From: Chlorokybus atmophyticus | Taxonomy: Eukaryota; Plantae; Mesostigma and Chlorokybus algae | DNA: 64,000 bases | Assembly (NCBI GenBank): GCA_009103225.1 | Contig: RHPI01003041.1 | Location: 31,125 to 95,124 of the forward strand | Reading direction: 5' to 3' | Shown here: one piece after another, positions 34,360 through 47,317 of the stretch | How the letters are laid out: every line of letters begins with the position of its first letter | Numbering within the stretch: the first letter of the stretch is position 1 | Made by a program: the position numbers and the translations under genes | The notes under the pieces: generated by a model | The model's database searches: none | What the model saw: the letters and a program-made list of their open reading frames with translations, nothing else | What the model was told of the DNA's origin: nothing

Positions 34360-36573
34360 GCATGGTCTCTTAGGTGAGGGGATTCAACTGCTGCTGCCGA
34401 CATCATGCAAAATATAAATCGGCACGGCTGCCCCCAAATTCAGGGAGACTTTAGGGTATGGGCATAAAAATTAAGTTGCTATCTTACGAACCCTAAAGGA
34501 GTTACACTTTGAGAAGCACGACTGTACCATGGACGGTATTACAGTACCATGCAGGGTACTACATCAACATGAATGGTACTCCATCCATTAATGGTACTAC
34601 AATACAAGGATACTCGCATACAACCACCATCGTAGAGTGATAATATGCTGTCATTCCATGGAACCCGGAGCGCTGTCAAAATTTGTTGCTGTCCACCACG
34701 CTCTAAACCAGCAAGGTATGCAAGCCATGCACTGACTCACGCGCGAGGCAGTCACCATACACATGTACAGCCAATGCTTATGACAACAGCAGATTTCGGG
34801 TGCACCATGCACAATTCTGCAACTGTACATGTACCTGCATGGTTCACAGGAAGCTAACACAAAACTACAATACATGCATACTTGTTATCAAGGCGGGGGC
34901 CAAATCACCGCTGACATGCTAGCGTCTTGCAGCAGGCGTGGCGACAAAAACGGGTGAGGTTGCTTGCAGAAGGGACATGCTTGTAGATTTTTTGATTTGC
35001 CACGCACTGTTGATGTGCAATGGTGTAGACATGGCACATCGCTTTCTTGCAACAGGGCGTCTTCCCATCCGCTGGGGGGGTGGCTCTTCAATGCGACAAA
35101 TCGGCACGCATGGTGCACGCGGGTGTGCAAGCTGCCTTTGCCACCAAACTCTGTTATCGCATTGCAGGCGCAGCGACTCCCATCTGAATGGCGCAGCATA
35201 ACGCTCCACTGCCTGCTCGACCACCTGACGCCCATCTGCCGCTATACACCACCTGTTGGTCTTAGTGGTCTCGTCCAGCATGCGTTCATTTGGGCCCTCG
35301 ACATAGCTATCGTCTCACGTGTAATCGCCCGCATCGCCATCTTCTTCAAGCTTCCACAGAATCAGCTCAACGTGCCGTATGACATACAGCCACTGCCAGC
35401 CAAAGCCAAGTACAGCTCGAATGGTTTTACTTGCCACTCAGTATGTTTGCTCAGGTAGTGACACACATCTCGACCCGCATCAATCGACATGAACAGGTAC
35501 ATCTGTTGCAGCAGGTCGAAGTTTTGCTCCGCGGATAGCTCTTGCACATTGCCGGGTTGCTGCAACAGCAACATTTTTATCATAACGAGGACGGGGAGGA
35601 GCAACAATGTACTACGCATGGCCATGTCGTGCTTGGGTTCCAACCATGGCCAATCCCCATAGGTCTGTGTAGACCGCACTCTCCGCGTTTGCTCCACTTA
35701 TTGCATACTTTCGTCACCCACCTCGAGGCATGTCGCATGCAGTGATGCAGCGCGTCTTGGTCGTATTGTAGGGCGATCATCTCCTTTGCACTGCGAGTCA
35801 GCCACTTAAAGTGTCTGCGCTTCGGTGCTTTGAGTTTGAGCAGCTCGTGCCGCACCGGCTGTCTCTAGACGATGCCGAGCAGCCACATGACGCTGTAAAC
35901 CCGTCTGTGCCTACTCAGGACACACAGTCAGCCCCAGTGAGGCTTCAAGGCGCTGTGCTTCTTCCAACTACATTGTAGGGATGCCTCACCTTTGCTTTTT
36001 TTGTTCCTGTCAGAGTCCCTTGTTCCAACAACCTTTTTTTTTTTTTTTTGTCAACCTGCACATTCTGGCATGCGCTCTCCGTGGCACTGTCACTCATAGG
36101 AGGTAAGGCGTTATTTTCTTGCTCAACAGCCTTGCGCTTGTTGGTTGCCTCCCGTTCCTCTACGACCTCATGTTGCTTCATGAGGTCGAGCATGAAGCCT
36201 TTGTCTTTCAGGACAGCTTTCAAGATACCTCAATCAATCTCTTTACCAACAAGACAGGCTGGGATCAATGTGGCAAGCTTAGAGGGAGAGGGCAAGCTAC
36301 CGCTGCTTCTTAATGGACATGCCTTCAAATGTTCAGAGTGCGGTGGCAAGTGAGTCTCGGCAGCAGGAACGGAGGGTGCTGAGTTGTTGTTGCGAGCATG
36401 TGGCTGTGGTTGAGGGGAGGCAGGATGTGCAAAACGGTCGGCTACTTCTTGCCTAGCACACGAAGGCGAGGCCCAAGGCGTTGGTGCAGCACCCTTGGTC
36501 GCAGCCGGTGGTAGCGGGGAATTGGCAACGTCATTCCGCCACTCTTCGATTAGGTCTGTTACCGGAGGTAACC

Positions 36574-36615
36574 TATGCATGAAGTGCCGCCGGATCCGGC
36601 GGCACTTCATGCATA
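36574..36615. repeat. Perfect 42-bp palindrome without spacer
   Basis: TATGCATGAAGTGCCGCCGGA|TCCGGCGGCACTTCATGCATA equals its own reverse complement. Confidence 0.98.
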
Positions 36616-37918
36616 AGCCACGACCATTGTTCGGTGCTTGCAGGCTTGAGGAGCAAGTGTGCCTCTGGCTCGTCAGGAGCTGTGTTGCCCACCACCAAGA
36701 CTGAGTTGGGGGCTTCTTGATTTCCAACCAAACTGCGCTGCCGGGCCGTGGCACCCACTCCCCATGCTCGCGCTGAACGGTCACGCAGCCAATCAACAAG
36801 CTCAGCTTGTTGGCAAATATGGTCATCAGCAGGTGCTCCACTTACACGTCTCTTCTCCGCACAATCCGTCGAACCTTGGCCATGGCTATGTCAATGTTGC
36901 AATTGACATTAACCAACGTGGTCGCAGGCAGTTTGTCGTAATATTGCGCCATCTCTCCCGCGGCACTAGTGGCTCTACAGAAGTCTAAGATTCTGCTCGC
37001 CACACTCGCATCGACACCTTGGCGGTGATTTTGCGGAGAGTGTCCCCTTGGTCATCGTTGTCCATGGTGTCCAGCATGGCCCAAAATCGGCTCGAGCTGG
37101 GGCACTTGTGATCATCTAGGACACTTTGCACTATGGGATGGCCTGGCGCGAAACACACAATGGTAGAAGCAATTACCATCCGTTGGCGCATCGAAGTGGT
37201 CCCATGAGGCGAGCTAGCCACCTAGCATGACTGATGGCCGTTTGCGGGTTGCGGCCAGCTCCTCTGATGACTCGCTGGCAGGTGGTGACCTCTGCTGCAT
37301 GCGCATACAGCACTCAAATGGTGTATCCAACTGTCGACGGCAAGAGTCACAATTACTGTAAAGTACCTGAGCTTGGGGCAGACTGCCGGCTTCCACTTGC
37401 AGCGGGTGGGGTAAGGTAGGTGCAGAAGCCACATCGGTTGTTGCATTGTGCTGTTGTCTCGCCGGTTGCGGCAAGAAGGATTGTTGCCCCGCAATCATTG
37501 GTGCTGCTCGTGGAGGAGACGGCAGTGCATGAAGAACTGATGCCGCGAAAGGTGGATGCGCTTTGGCTGCGAGGGGAGCAGGTGCGGCAGGTGAGACTAC
37601 TTGTGCATGCAGCAAGGGGGGATGTATATAGGACCCAGGATAAGATGGCTCACAATGTTGCAAAGGACAAATATAAGCTTATGCAGTGCCTGACGCATTG
37701 TTACCCAGCCACAAGCATAATATACAGCGACTTACCTCAATGGCCCGTGGGCTGCATGGAGCAGGGGAAGCCATGGGGGTTGACAAGGTGGTATTAAGTG
37801 CACTCTTCTCGCCACCCTCAATCGCAATCTCGTCACGGAGCTCGTGAGCCATGGGCACAGGATGCGCCACTGCCTCAATGGACAGGTCGGGATTCAGCAG
37901 GCCAACATGCATTTTTAT

Positions 37919-38450
37919 TGATGCAGCAAACACACCATTGCCAAGCTCACATCAATGACCAGCACAGCGCACAAGAGCATACACTGCGTCTCACGCGGTA
38001 AGGCACACATTAGCAATCAGGACGGTGTGCTTCCAATTCAAGTCGCTTCACACGCTTCTAGAATCAGAGTCTCTACTCTCAGTACTTACTCACAGAGTCA
38101 TCAGCGTATCTAGTGACATGACTTCCTACTTATACATGTCAATTCATGACTGTGTAGTGCCATGCAGGCACTAGGCCAACGGTCACATCGAGACCGTATG
38201 CTACTACAAAAATGTCTTAAGACTTGATATAGCACATGAGCTGATAATAGATTCCTAACTGATCAGCTACGCGCGGTTCCTACAGAGAGGTCTATAGGGT
38301 AGCCCTAGCTACATGCTACATGGAGTACGTAGTAAGTAGCTAACAGTAGACTGAGGCGCGCTCGGTCTTCATGCTGGTAGCCCGGGCTTGGGGCTGGATG
38401 TAGGCATGCTTGAGGAGGATTGGCATGTGAGGGTAGTTGGCATGACAGCT
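37919..38450 (-). repeat. Diverged relative of repeat B
   Basis: Shares CCAAGCTCACA, TTCAAGTCGCTTCACA, CCTACTTATACA, CAGCTACGCGCGGT and the terminal GGCATGACAGCT with 12456-13065. Confidence 0.8.
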
Positions 38451-39339
38451 TCCTTGATAAAGACCACCAGCTCACCCCATAACATGAGGTTCTTGCTCTT
38501 CGCCTTCCCTATCCGTCAGTCAGAGATCTCTCCACTTCTCTTTCGTTTCTTAAAGAATGTAATTATTGGTGATAAAATCTTCTTCAAGGCCGTAATGCCC
38601 GAGGTTTATCCACCTCCGGATCACAAAGCCTATGCTGGTCCTCCACGAACTTTCGTAGGCAGACGTGCCGATTCTTCTCGAGCCTAAGCAAGCGAGGATT
38701 GTCATTCAGGTTCTTCTGCATTACTTCACGCGCGACATCCCAATTGTATGCTTGGGACATCTTCGACTTCCCCGCCTTTTCCTCCTCCCTTAAAAACCGA
38801 TAAATATTAAACCCCTAGCCATTGAGCCTTTATGATGTCAAAAAGATCAAAGTTAAAATCTCTGCAACAGATAATGTTATTGCAGCAATGTTAGCAACAA
38901 ACTCAATAAGCATACGGTGGAATGGTCAGCTAGAACAGCGTTACATGATTTGCAATTTTTTGCCGAGTTTTTGCAGGATAGGTTCCTTCTTAGCAAGTTC
39001 CTTCTTCTGCGTTGTGCCCTTCTGCTTCTTGTCTGTGTGCATGCCCAGTGTGACCATGTGTTAACAATATCTATATGTAAAAATCAAACACATTACTATT
39101 GCCTGCAGGGTTTAACTAGCCAAGGGGAACGGGCTTTGCTTGGACATGATGAACAACCTCAGGAAGGCCTCACACGGAAAACCCCGCACAATCAGTTGAG
39201 CAACTGAGCCTAAAGATGGCTTATGCCAAGGGTGCCTTTCTGCTGAGCTGCTAAGAAGGAACATTCTGCAAGTGAGTAGACATGAAAACACAAAAAGCCG
39301 CCTTGCTGCTGAGCATGCAGATGAGCCTCAACAAAACCA

Positions 39340-39760
39340 AACGCTGAGTGTTAATAAAAAAAAAGCTTGAAAACTGAGCAAGAGGTGGGCTTACACACAA
39401 GGCCGCCCCTCTGATTAGCATGAAGAGGTGGCTAACAAGAGCGCTGAGCATGCAAACAAGCCTCGACAAAACTGAAAGCTGCATGCCCAGAAGAAACAGC
39501 TTGAAACTGAGCAAGAGGTGGGCTTACGCACGAGGCCGCCCCTCTGGTGTAACATCATCGCCTTAACCACTAAGCTACAGCAGTGAAAGCCGCTGCTATA
39601 GGGGGAGCCACATGCCCCATATATGTCTCATAACCATATATGTTACATTTGGTTAGCAGGAAGTGGTGGCTAGCAAGAGTGCATGCTCGAAAGAAACAGC
39701 TTGAAAACTTAGCAAGATGTCGGCTTACACACAAAGCCGCCCCTTTTGTTAGCATAAAGT
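39340..39760 (+). repeat. Three degenerate copies of GCTTGAAACTGAGCAAGAGGTGGGCTTACACACAAGGCCGCCCCT
   Basis: Copies start at about 39365, 39498 and 39698. Confidence 0.75.
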
Positions 39761-40209
39761 GGTAGCTAACAACCCAAATAACATAAACAAAAAGTGCAAA
39801 CATGCATGCATGCAAACACGTACAAGCACGGCATGTAGCGCACCTTAATGGAAGCAGTGCAAAAATCCTCACGCAAGCCGCCTGAAGCTGCAAGAAAAGT
39901 CTTCACCAGAGATGGCGGACTCAATGACGACAACTTACGCGACCACACAACACTTACACAGCAGCAATGACCCCAATACCGCCGCCGACTTCGTCAACTA
40001 TGGACGCCATAGCTGGCAACCCTCACCCTAATGTTTTGTAGGTTGTTGTAGTTTGCAATGTTGGTGGTGGGGAGGTTGTTGTGGTCGGCGGCGGCAGCGT
40101 CTTTAATGTAGAAGGGTTTGGGTGGTCGGCGGCGACGGCGGCAGCCATCCTGGTTGCCGCAGAGCTACTTAGGCAGATACGTGCAAGCTTGCATGCATGC
40201 ATGTTTTGT

Positions 40210-40570
40210 TTGTGGGCGTGCGTGTGTGTATGTGTGGTTTTGATTTTGTGAATTTGTTGGTGATTCACTAGGGCAACATGCAAGCCCTCCGTGTCTTGCC
40301 TTGTGGTTTTGTTGTTGTGAACTTGTTGATGATTCACTGGGGCCGCAAGTAAGCCCTCAGTTTCTTGCCTTGCGGTTTTGGTCTTGTGAATGCCATGGTT
40401 CACTGGGATGGCATGCAAGCACTCAGTGTCCTGCCTTGTGGTTTTGGTTTTTTGCATGTGTTGGTGAGGAGCGGAAGCGGCATGCAAGTCCTCAGTGTCC
40501 TGCCGTGTGGTTTTGATTTTTGGCATGTGTTGGTGAAGAGCTGAGGCGGCATGCAAAACCTCAGTAACCG
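40210..40570. repeat. 69-bp minisatellite, about 5 copies
   Basis: GCATGCAAGTCCTCAGTGTCCTGCC.TGTGGTTTTG recurs at about 40275, 40343, 40411, 40480 and 40549. It appears as 23-aa repeats in ORF 40023-40556. Confidence 0.85.
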
Positions 40571-41019
40571 CTCTTGTGGTGTGGATTGGGTGAATGTTTT
40601 TGTGACTATCTTTTGCGATATCTCATAACCCTAACCCAAACCCTAACCGCCCGGTCATGTTGTTGTAGGAAGATTGTGGCCGGGAGGCGGGGAGATTGTT
40701 ATGGCTGGCGGCGAAGTCTTTGAGATCAATGGCGACGGCGGCAGCGATGATAAATTTCTAGCAGGAAACTTAGGCAGATACATGCAAGCCTGCACATATG
40801 CGTTGTTGGCTTGGTTTTCTCCTTGGCTTCCTCTTCAGAGCCGAGGAGAAAACAAACTGGGTACCTTATACTACCTAAAAATTGTCATTAACCAAGCTCC
40901 CCCCCGCGCCTAGTAATTGGAGCCCCCGCAATGAGCTTGGCACCTGTGAAAGCGCCGTAGGCCACCTAGCAGGCTGCTAGCAGCAAACGTGGCCACAGTG
41001 GGATCCGTAGCAGCAGGTG

Positions 41020-41640
41020 TAACGCAAAGGTTGCAGGCCTCATGCAAATACTCCTAACAGGTGTCGCACTCCAGCATGCCTTGAGCACCTCCGAAAGGTC
41101 ACCAGCAATGCTCATCTAACGGACAACCAGTGCATCGCTGAACCCTGGACCTCGGGTGTGGTTTGCCGAGTCCTTCAACGTACGGGAGGTGGTAGAGGAA
41201 GGAGTTTCTGCAGCTGGTCCACCATGTGCTCACTTGAGGGACTTCACTGGCGAGGGTGCCCCGTGCACGCATGTGGACGACCTTGTAGACAGTGCCGCGC
41301 TGTTTACAATAATGGGCCATAGTTGGCATGGTCAAAGGTGTTGGTGGTCTGCTTCTTGCAGTAGACGTAGTCTCTCATGTGAAACCTCTTCTGGGGCACG
41401 TGATGCCCGCGACCAGCGGGCATGTGACATACGTTTTCGTATCGGCGTTTCAATTTGTCATGCTATTGGACGATCTTATAACCTCAATTGTGGTTGGCAA
41501 ATTTGGTAAGGCCACGAGAGCGGATTCCTTCAGCAGAACAGCGCGGGTCAGCAACACCTTCATCATGCGCGTATACATGTATACGAATACCTACGTAGGC
41601 TCATCGATGATGTCCTCCACCGCTTGTGTATTATACTAGT
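41020..41640 (-). pseudogene. Relic integrase C-terminus plus PHD finger of the same family as 13350-14420
   Basis: TVYKVVHMRARGTL and HLPYVEGLG versus TVYKVLKVYPTGVL and HLPYVADFG. Followed by CTGC...MLECDTC...LHEAC. G-rich PPT-like run at about 40889-40897. Confidence 0.7.
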
Positions 41641-42759
41641 AGCTTGGCAGGCGCGAAACAAAAGCACTGCCGCTTGTCACGTGCAGCGGTACCTCAGCGA
41701 GAGCCAAGGCAAGTAGTCATCCCACTCTTCTTGTGGATGGGTAAGGCAGTAGCGGCGCAAGGCCCTTGACTGTCAAGAATTGCCAGTCAGCACCATGCGC
41801 TCAGCAAGGCCGTCAGCCCGAGGTCATCATGACTGGTGCGTCGGCAGGTAGAACTGTGGTTGGTCTGGTGGGTACGTGTGTCTACGCATTGGTGCTCATG
41901 TTTTGACTTGACTGTGCCAGTGCGAGTGTGAGATGATCGATGCCTGCGTGTGCGTGCATGTGCATGCGCATGCGACTTGTATACAAATGTACATGTGTCT
42001 TGCATCAATAAGAGCACTCAATTGTGTACTCTAAGGGAAGAGTGCGGCTGAATGCGTGGTGGCGATCCTTGGTCTTTCTCTCCTTGCAAGCGAGAGAGTG
42101 CGTGTTGCTGAGCGCAGAGAGACGTCACTGACGTGATGTTGCTGGGCTGCCATGCGGCGCGCCATTGCAACTTGCAGGCCACTGCATTCAAGCTGGTTGC
42201 CAGTGTGCCCGTGGGCTCCGCAGGCAAGCCAAGCAGCAAGCTTGGAGAACACATGCCACCAGCAATGATCAAATGACGGCAATGCAATAGCTGCTCTCCA
42301 CGCCAACCCTAACACCGCCATGGCTGCCAGGATGGTGTGCAAAAGATTTCAAAGCTCATATGCTGCATTCAAGGAGTGGCATTCACCACAAGCACGTACA
42401 ACACCGCATCATGTATGCATAAGATGATCTTATATATCCACCACCGGGCTACCTCCACTACTGCTACCCTACTCGCCTTCCCCATTAGTCATCACCTCCG
42501 CCCACGCTGTGGTAACAAGTTGAGCGGCGGCTGTTGGCCACGGGCGGTGAGCTGAGAGAAGAGCCACAGCAGGGCGCTTGAAGCAACAAGCCCTGACTTC
42601 AGCAGTAGCTGAATGCTGGTGTCATAGACAAAAGGGGGACCGTCTTGCTTGTGTGTCAACGCAACGGTGCAAGCAAGCAAACATGCATGCAGCACGTTAT
42701 GCCAGGAGCAGCTTGTGCACGGTGCTGCTTCACGATTGCATTCAATCTATTACCCCCCC

Positions 42760-43062
42760 NNNNNNNNNNNNNNNNNNNNNNNNNNNNNNNNNNNNNNNNN
42801 NNNNNNNNNNNNNNNNNNNNNNNNNNNNNNNNNNNNNNNNNNNNNNNNNNNNNNNNNNNNNNNNNNNNNNNNNNNNNNNNNNNNNNNNNNNNNNNNNNNN
42901 NNNNNNNNNNNNNNNNNNNNNNNNNNNNNNNNNNNNNNNNNNNNNNNNNNNNNNNNNNNNNNNNNNNNNNNNNNNNNNNNNNNNNNNNNNNNNNNNNNNN
43001 NNNNNNNNNNNNNNNNNNNNNNNNNNNNNNNNNNNNNNNNNNNNNNNNNNNNNNNNNNNNNN
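42760..43062. other. Assembly gap (N run) flanked by poly-C
   Basis: Run of N. Confidence 0.99.
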
Positions 43063-46000
43063 CCCCCCCCCCCCCCCCCCCCCGCGGAAACGTTGCAAGC
43101 ATCAACACATGTGGGCGCGCACATTGGGGAGGTTACATGGACTAGGACAATACTTGCACAGCAGGCGTAAAGGCATCATAGCATCATAACATACAAGCTA
43201 TTGCAGTCACGTCGATATCGTATTCAATACCGTATGTTAAAGCGACTTGTGAGCGTGCTTACATAAGCACACAATTGGACTGCTCACAGTTTACTACTGT
43301 TAACACCTAATCCAAGCAGTCCCTTGTATCAAAGTGAAGGCAAACTTTGCTGCACTATCAAGTTTGATTCATCGACGGCACCGTGTCGTTGGTTACTGGT
43401 GGGCAGCCTTAAAACAAGAGCTACGCTAAACCAACAACTAGAGGAGAGAGAAAACCAGTGCAGAGCCTTATGTACCTGATGTGGCGTGAAGCCGTACGCG
43501 TACTCATGTACACCCCTGCGCATGCGCACGCCGCTTATAAGCAACGTCCACACGCACAGGCACACGCACGCATTCGCGCACGCACACATGTACACATATG
43601 CACGCGCACGCATGGTAAGCAGCTTAGCCCGCACGCACGCACGCACATCACATGATATTACAGCCGTACCTGTGGGACAGGCTCTGGGCTTCCTCCATCA
43701 TGGCTGGTGATGCAACGCATGCAAACGCTAGGCTGACCATACTTGGCAGCGGCAACATGCATGGCTCTTGCCGTGGCGTCACCGAACTCGTCAATGTTGT
43801 TCTTCAATTGAGCATGCAATGATACACGTACTTGCGTCCCATATACGCTACAGGCGAGTGTTGTCAGCGGTAATGCATGCAAGATCATGTGTTTGTACTT
43901 GAAGGTTGCCTCGCGCAACGGCGCGGGCGCGGCGTTTACCTGATACATTCGGTGTACTTGTGGCCCGGTGCGCCCGGGACCGAACCTGCGAGCACCCACA
44001 GCCGCATGTGGTTTACTATCGGTGTCTCGAAGCACGTCATGCCGCCAACTGCTGGAATGGTGAGCAGGTCTGCAGCTGTGCCGGGTGTTGCAACACATCA
44101 GGCTTGGTGGTGGCATGGCATGGACAGTATATACTAGCGCATTCGCACTAGCGCGCGCGTCTATACGCTCTCTACGCTCACGCACAGACCCACTAACCTC
44201 CAGGGTTGTCTCCATGACGGCGCGCGTTAGGTGAGCGTGCATCGCGCACTCAAGAGTCCTCAAAGCAAGTCGCTTTGAGGACTCTTTTGTGGCCGATGCA
44301 CGCGTGACTCCGAGTCGCGCGTGCATCGGCCACAACATGATTAATCTTGCCAACCGTCTCCTCCTGCGCACAACAACATGAAAGTCTATGTCAGGACAAG
44401 ATGTTGGTTGTCATCCACCCTTCATCTTACTGTATAACTCGAGGAATACATGAACCTAAACTCCGGCGCCTGAACAGCCCCCTCAGGAAGGACTTTTCCA
44501 TGATGTGGCGTCCGACATGTAGGAAAGCACCTTCAACACCGCCATTCATCATCAAGCAAGTACTCCTACTCACCTTGCAGCATGCAGCTTCTTCACTAGG
44601 TTCCTCCACCCATGACTGCACACATGCACGCCACTCAGCTGAGTCATCTAATAATCATACCTTGGTTGTACAGTGCAGCCAACGACGTGCTTACCTCGTC
44701 TCTCCCAACCAAGATATATACTGCCATTCGTGCCCATCGTTCTCCACGCATAGGTGGTGAAGCATGACGAACGTTGGCCCATCCTGCGCATGTGAGTTTT
44801 CACACCAATCATTGTGATGAAAGTTGCTGCACCATCCTCACACGCCTCGACTCAAGGTGGGATGTAGTCTGTGGTGAAGTGCGCTGGCAGAAATTGCTCG
44901 CCCAGCAGCACACGCCGTCATGATTACAACAAGGGTACGCTGCCCAGAATGCGCTGGCCAGCCCGTGCCCGGTTAATGGCTTAGCTCATATGCGGGGCAA
45001 AAACCTTGCACGGCTGCACCGCACACGCGTGTATTGTGCGTGGGTGCGCATGCGCGCGCGTAAATTGCAATGAACCAAAAAGCAAATTGTGTCTACATGC
45101 AGTGTGCGCTCACCTGGCTGGCGTCTTTGGGCTGCAATCCCGATCACTGCGGTCGTTGTCGTTTTCATCATTGTGCGCATCCCTTCTTCGGTAAGCGCAG
45201 AGCAAATGGGCTGCTGGACTGGGCTAACTTGAAAAGATGGTGAGGAGGAGTTGGTGTGGGAGTGGCAGAGTCAGACAGCGCAAAGGACGCCTGCAATCGC
45301 CAGCTCTCATATCAGCCGCGCGGGTTGACAGAGCATGTCACTCCTGAAACAGGCACACTGTTGCCGGGCAACACTCCGCAGCACAGACAGATCTTGCTTG
45401 TATGCTTGATCTGTGTTTGTTGAGTGGTCGAATCGATCTCAAGGTCATCGCAAATGACCGCACAACAAGGGCTTGCAAGCGAGGACGAGACGTCGACCCG
45501 CTCCTGACATGCGTGCAGAATGTGTCTGTGGCACAGTGTGGCAGGAGGATACCCCAAACAGCAGGCGACTGCTCTGCAACTCTGCAACTCTGCAAGCAGC
45601 AGGACAGCATGTACGCACAGGCACGCGCACATGCATCCCAGTCAATCCGTTCAATGCAACAAAGGCAAGAGTTTGCACACACCAGAAAATGACTTCAGTC
45701 TACAATCACCACATCCAAAACAGTTCACGAGCATGTCCGCTGAACTGCGTGAGGGCAAGAAAAGGGCCAAATCTGTTTTCAAAACTTTACGGACAGAGCA
45801 AGGAACAACCCAGCAGAATGAATGTCCACAAGCTAGCGCCAGGCATCAGCGCCTTGGTGGAGGATTATTCAAGCTGCGTAATACTTGCTTTGACTAGCAT
45901 GACACATACACATGCACGCTCCCGTAGTTGAGATCTAATGGAAGCGCGAATAGGAGTAGGCGGAGACATCGAGGCGAGGACCTTTGCGTACAGCATGCAG

Positions 46001-47317
46001 AAGAGCCTGGGTGCTGAACAGCAAGGTAGAGTGAGTTTCTAATAGGCAGTTTTGTTGTGATACGCAGAAGGAATAGCCGACAACTCACCTTAGTCAAAAG
46101 ACGCCAACACAATTGGCAGACAGTAGACGATGGGATGAAACCGCATGAGGAGAATAAGTCCATACCTGTAGTAAAGAAATTCTATGCATGGCAGCAGCAA
46201 GCACAGCAAGCTCGTAGTGAATCAACAACAACAAAAGTTGCCCTACCGCTGCGTGGATCAGCCGCGTGCAAGCGCGAAGATGACATCCAACAATAAGGCA
46301 GTCACCAGCGCTTCGCAGTTGCCGCGCGTGGCAACGGGTAGAACAATTGAGTTCAAGCCAAGTGCATGCAAGTGGCTTGACCGCCTCGCCCTGAATGAGC
46401 AGAAGCGCGTGGGCAACTTGGATGCATGTATGCATGCATGCATGCATGTGTGCATGTGAATGCATTGACACTTCACGCATGCTCATTGTGCTGTCATGAG
46501 GTCTGCGCGGGCGTGAAGCAACTTGCCCAACAGCGGGTGCACATGTGTATTGGGCAGAAGCAATGCGGCTAGCAATAGTGTGTATCTATGTGTTGAGCGC
46601 TGGCACCGCGAGCATGCACAACACTCACTTGAGTGGCTGGTGTTCACTGCGCATTTGTTACTGCCACTCATGATTTGTACCAGTATGCTAAGCACGGGTA
46701 TTCAAGCATGCAAAACTCTCAGATAATTGGCTGGACTGCGTGATCATTATCGCTACTACTCATGCATGCATGCCATAACGCTGCACTCTGGATCTAACTC
46801 TTTGGCCGCATCATCAAACCGTGTAGCCGATGCCTGTGTACAGAACTGGCACTAGCACGCACACACACCAGACAAATTCATAAGAACTGACAACACACGG
46901 ATTTGTAAGGAAAGAAATATTGTTAACAGCACTGCGCCTTGGCAACAACACGCCCATGCACATCGCATGCAGTCCGAGTGCATGCTCAAGGATTCTTTAA
47001 GCAGGCAAGTGCATCACGCAAGTGTATGTGTTGCAAGAGACTCACAGTGTGTGAAAGCGGCCGTAGGCAGTCACTACCACCCCCGCCGCCGCCAGTCACC
47101 TCCAGGCCGACACCACCGCCAGGTCATTCGTCCTTATCAGAATACAGGAGAAGTGATGGGTTTGGTTCTGCGCATAACCCTGTCACCTCTCCTTTCCGAA
47201 GGTTCTCGAAAATTCTAAGCGTGCAGGAAACTCTGCAACAGCCAGCCAGGAGCCGAAGGTTCTCGGCCTGCTAGACATTCTGCAGCAGCTGGAGGTCATA
47301 GGCGCCGGGGCGGCGGC

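Noticed and set aside
35915-35935. 13-nt match (GACTGTGTGTCCT) to the start of repeat A
   Set aside because: Similarity does not extend convincingly beyond the 13-mer, so it could be chance.
40023-40556. 177-aa ORF with 23-aa repeats
   Set aside because: It is explained by the 69-bp minisatellite; no other coding evidence.
40210-40570. CRISPR-like array
   Set aside because: The units are degenerate full-length tandem repeats without unique spacers, in eukaryotic DNA with no cas genes.
40627-40648. Telomere-like TAACCCTAACCCAAACCCTAACC
   Set aside because: Only three to four degenerate units, with similar short runs elsewhere; not an interstitial telomere array.
42578-43189. ORFs spanning the N gap
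   Set aside because: They are open only because N codons contain no stops.
44764-44785. 22-bp exact repeat ATGACGAACGTTGGCCCATCCT also at about 51008-51029
   Set aside because: The second copy runs into an N gap, so the extent cannot be judged; probably the end of a small dispersed repeat.
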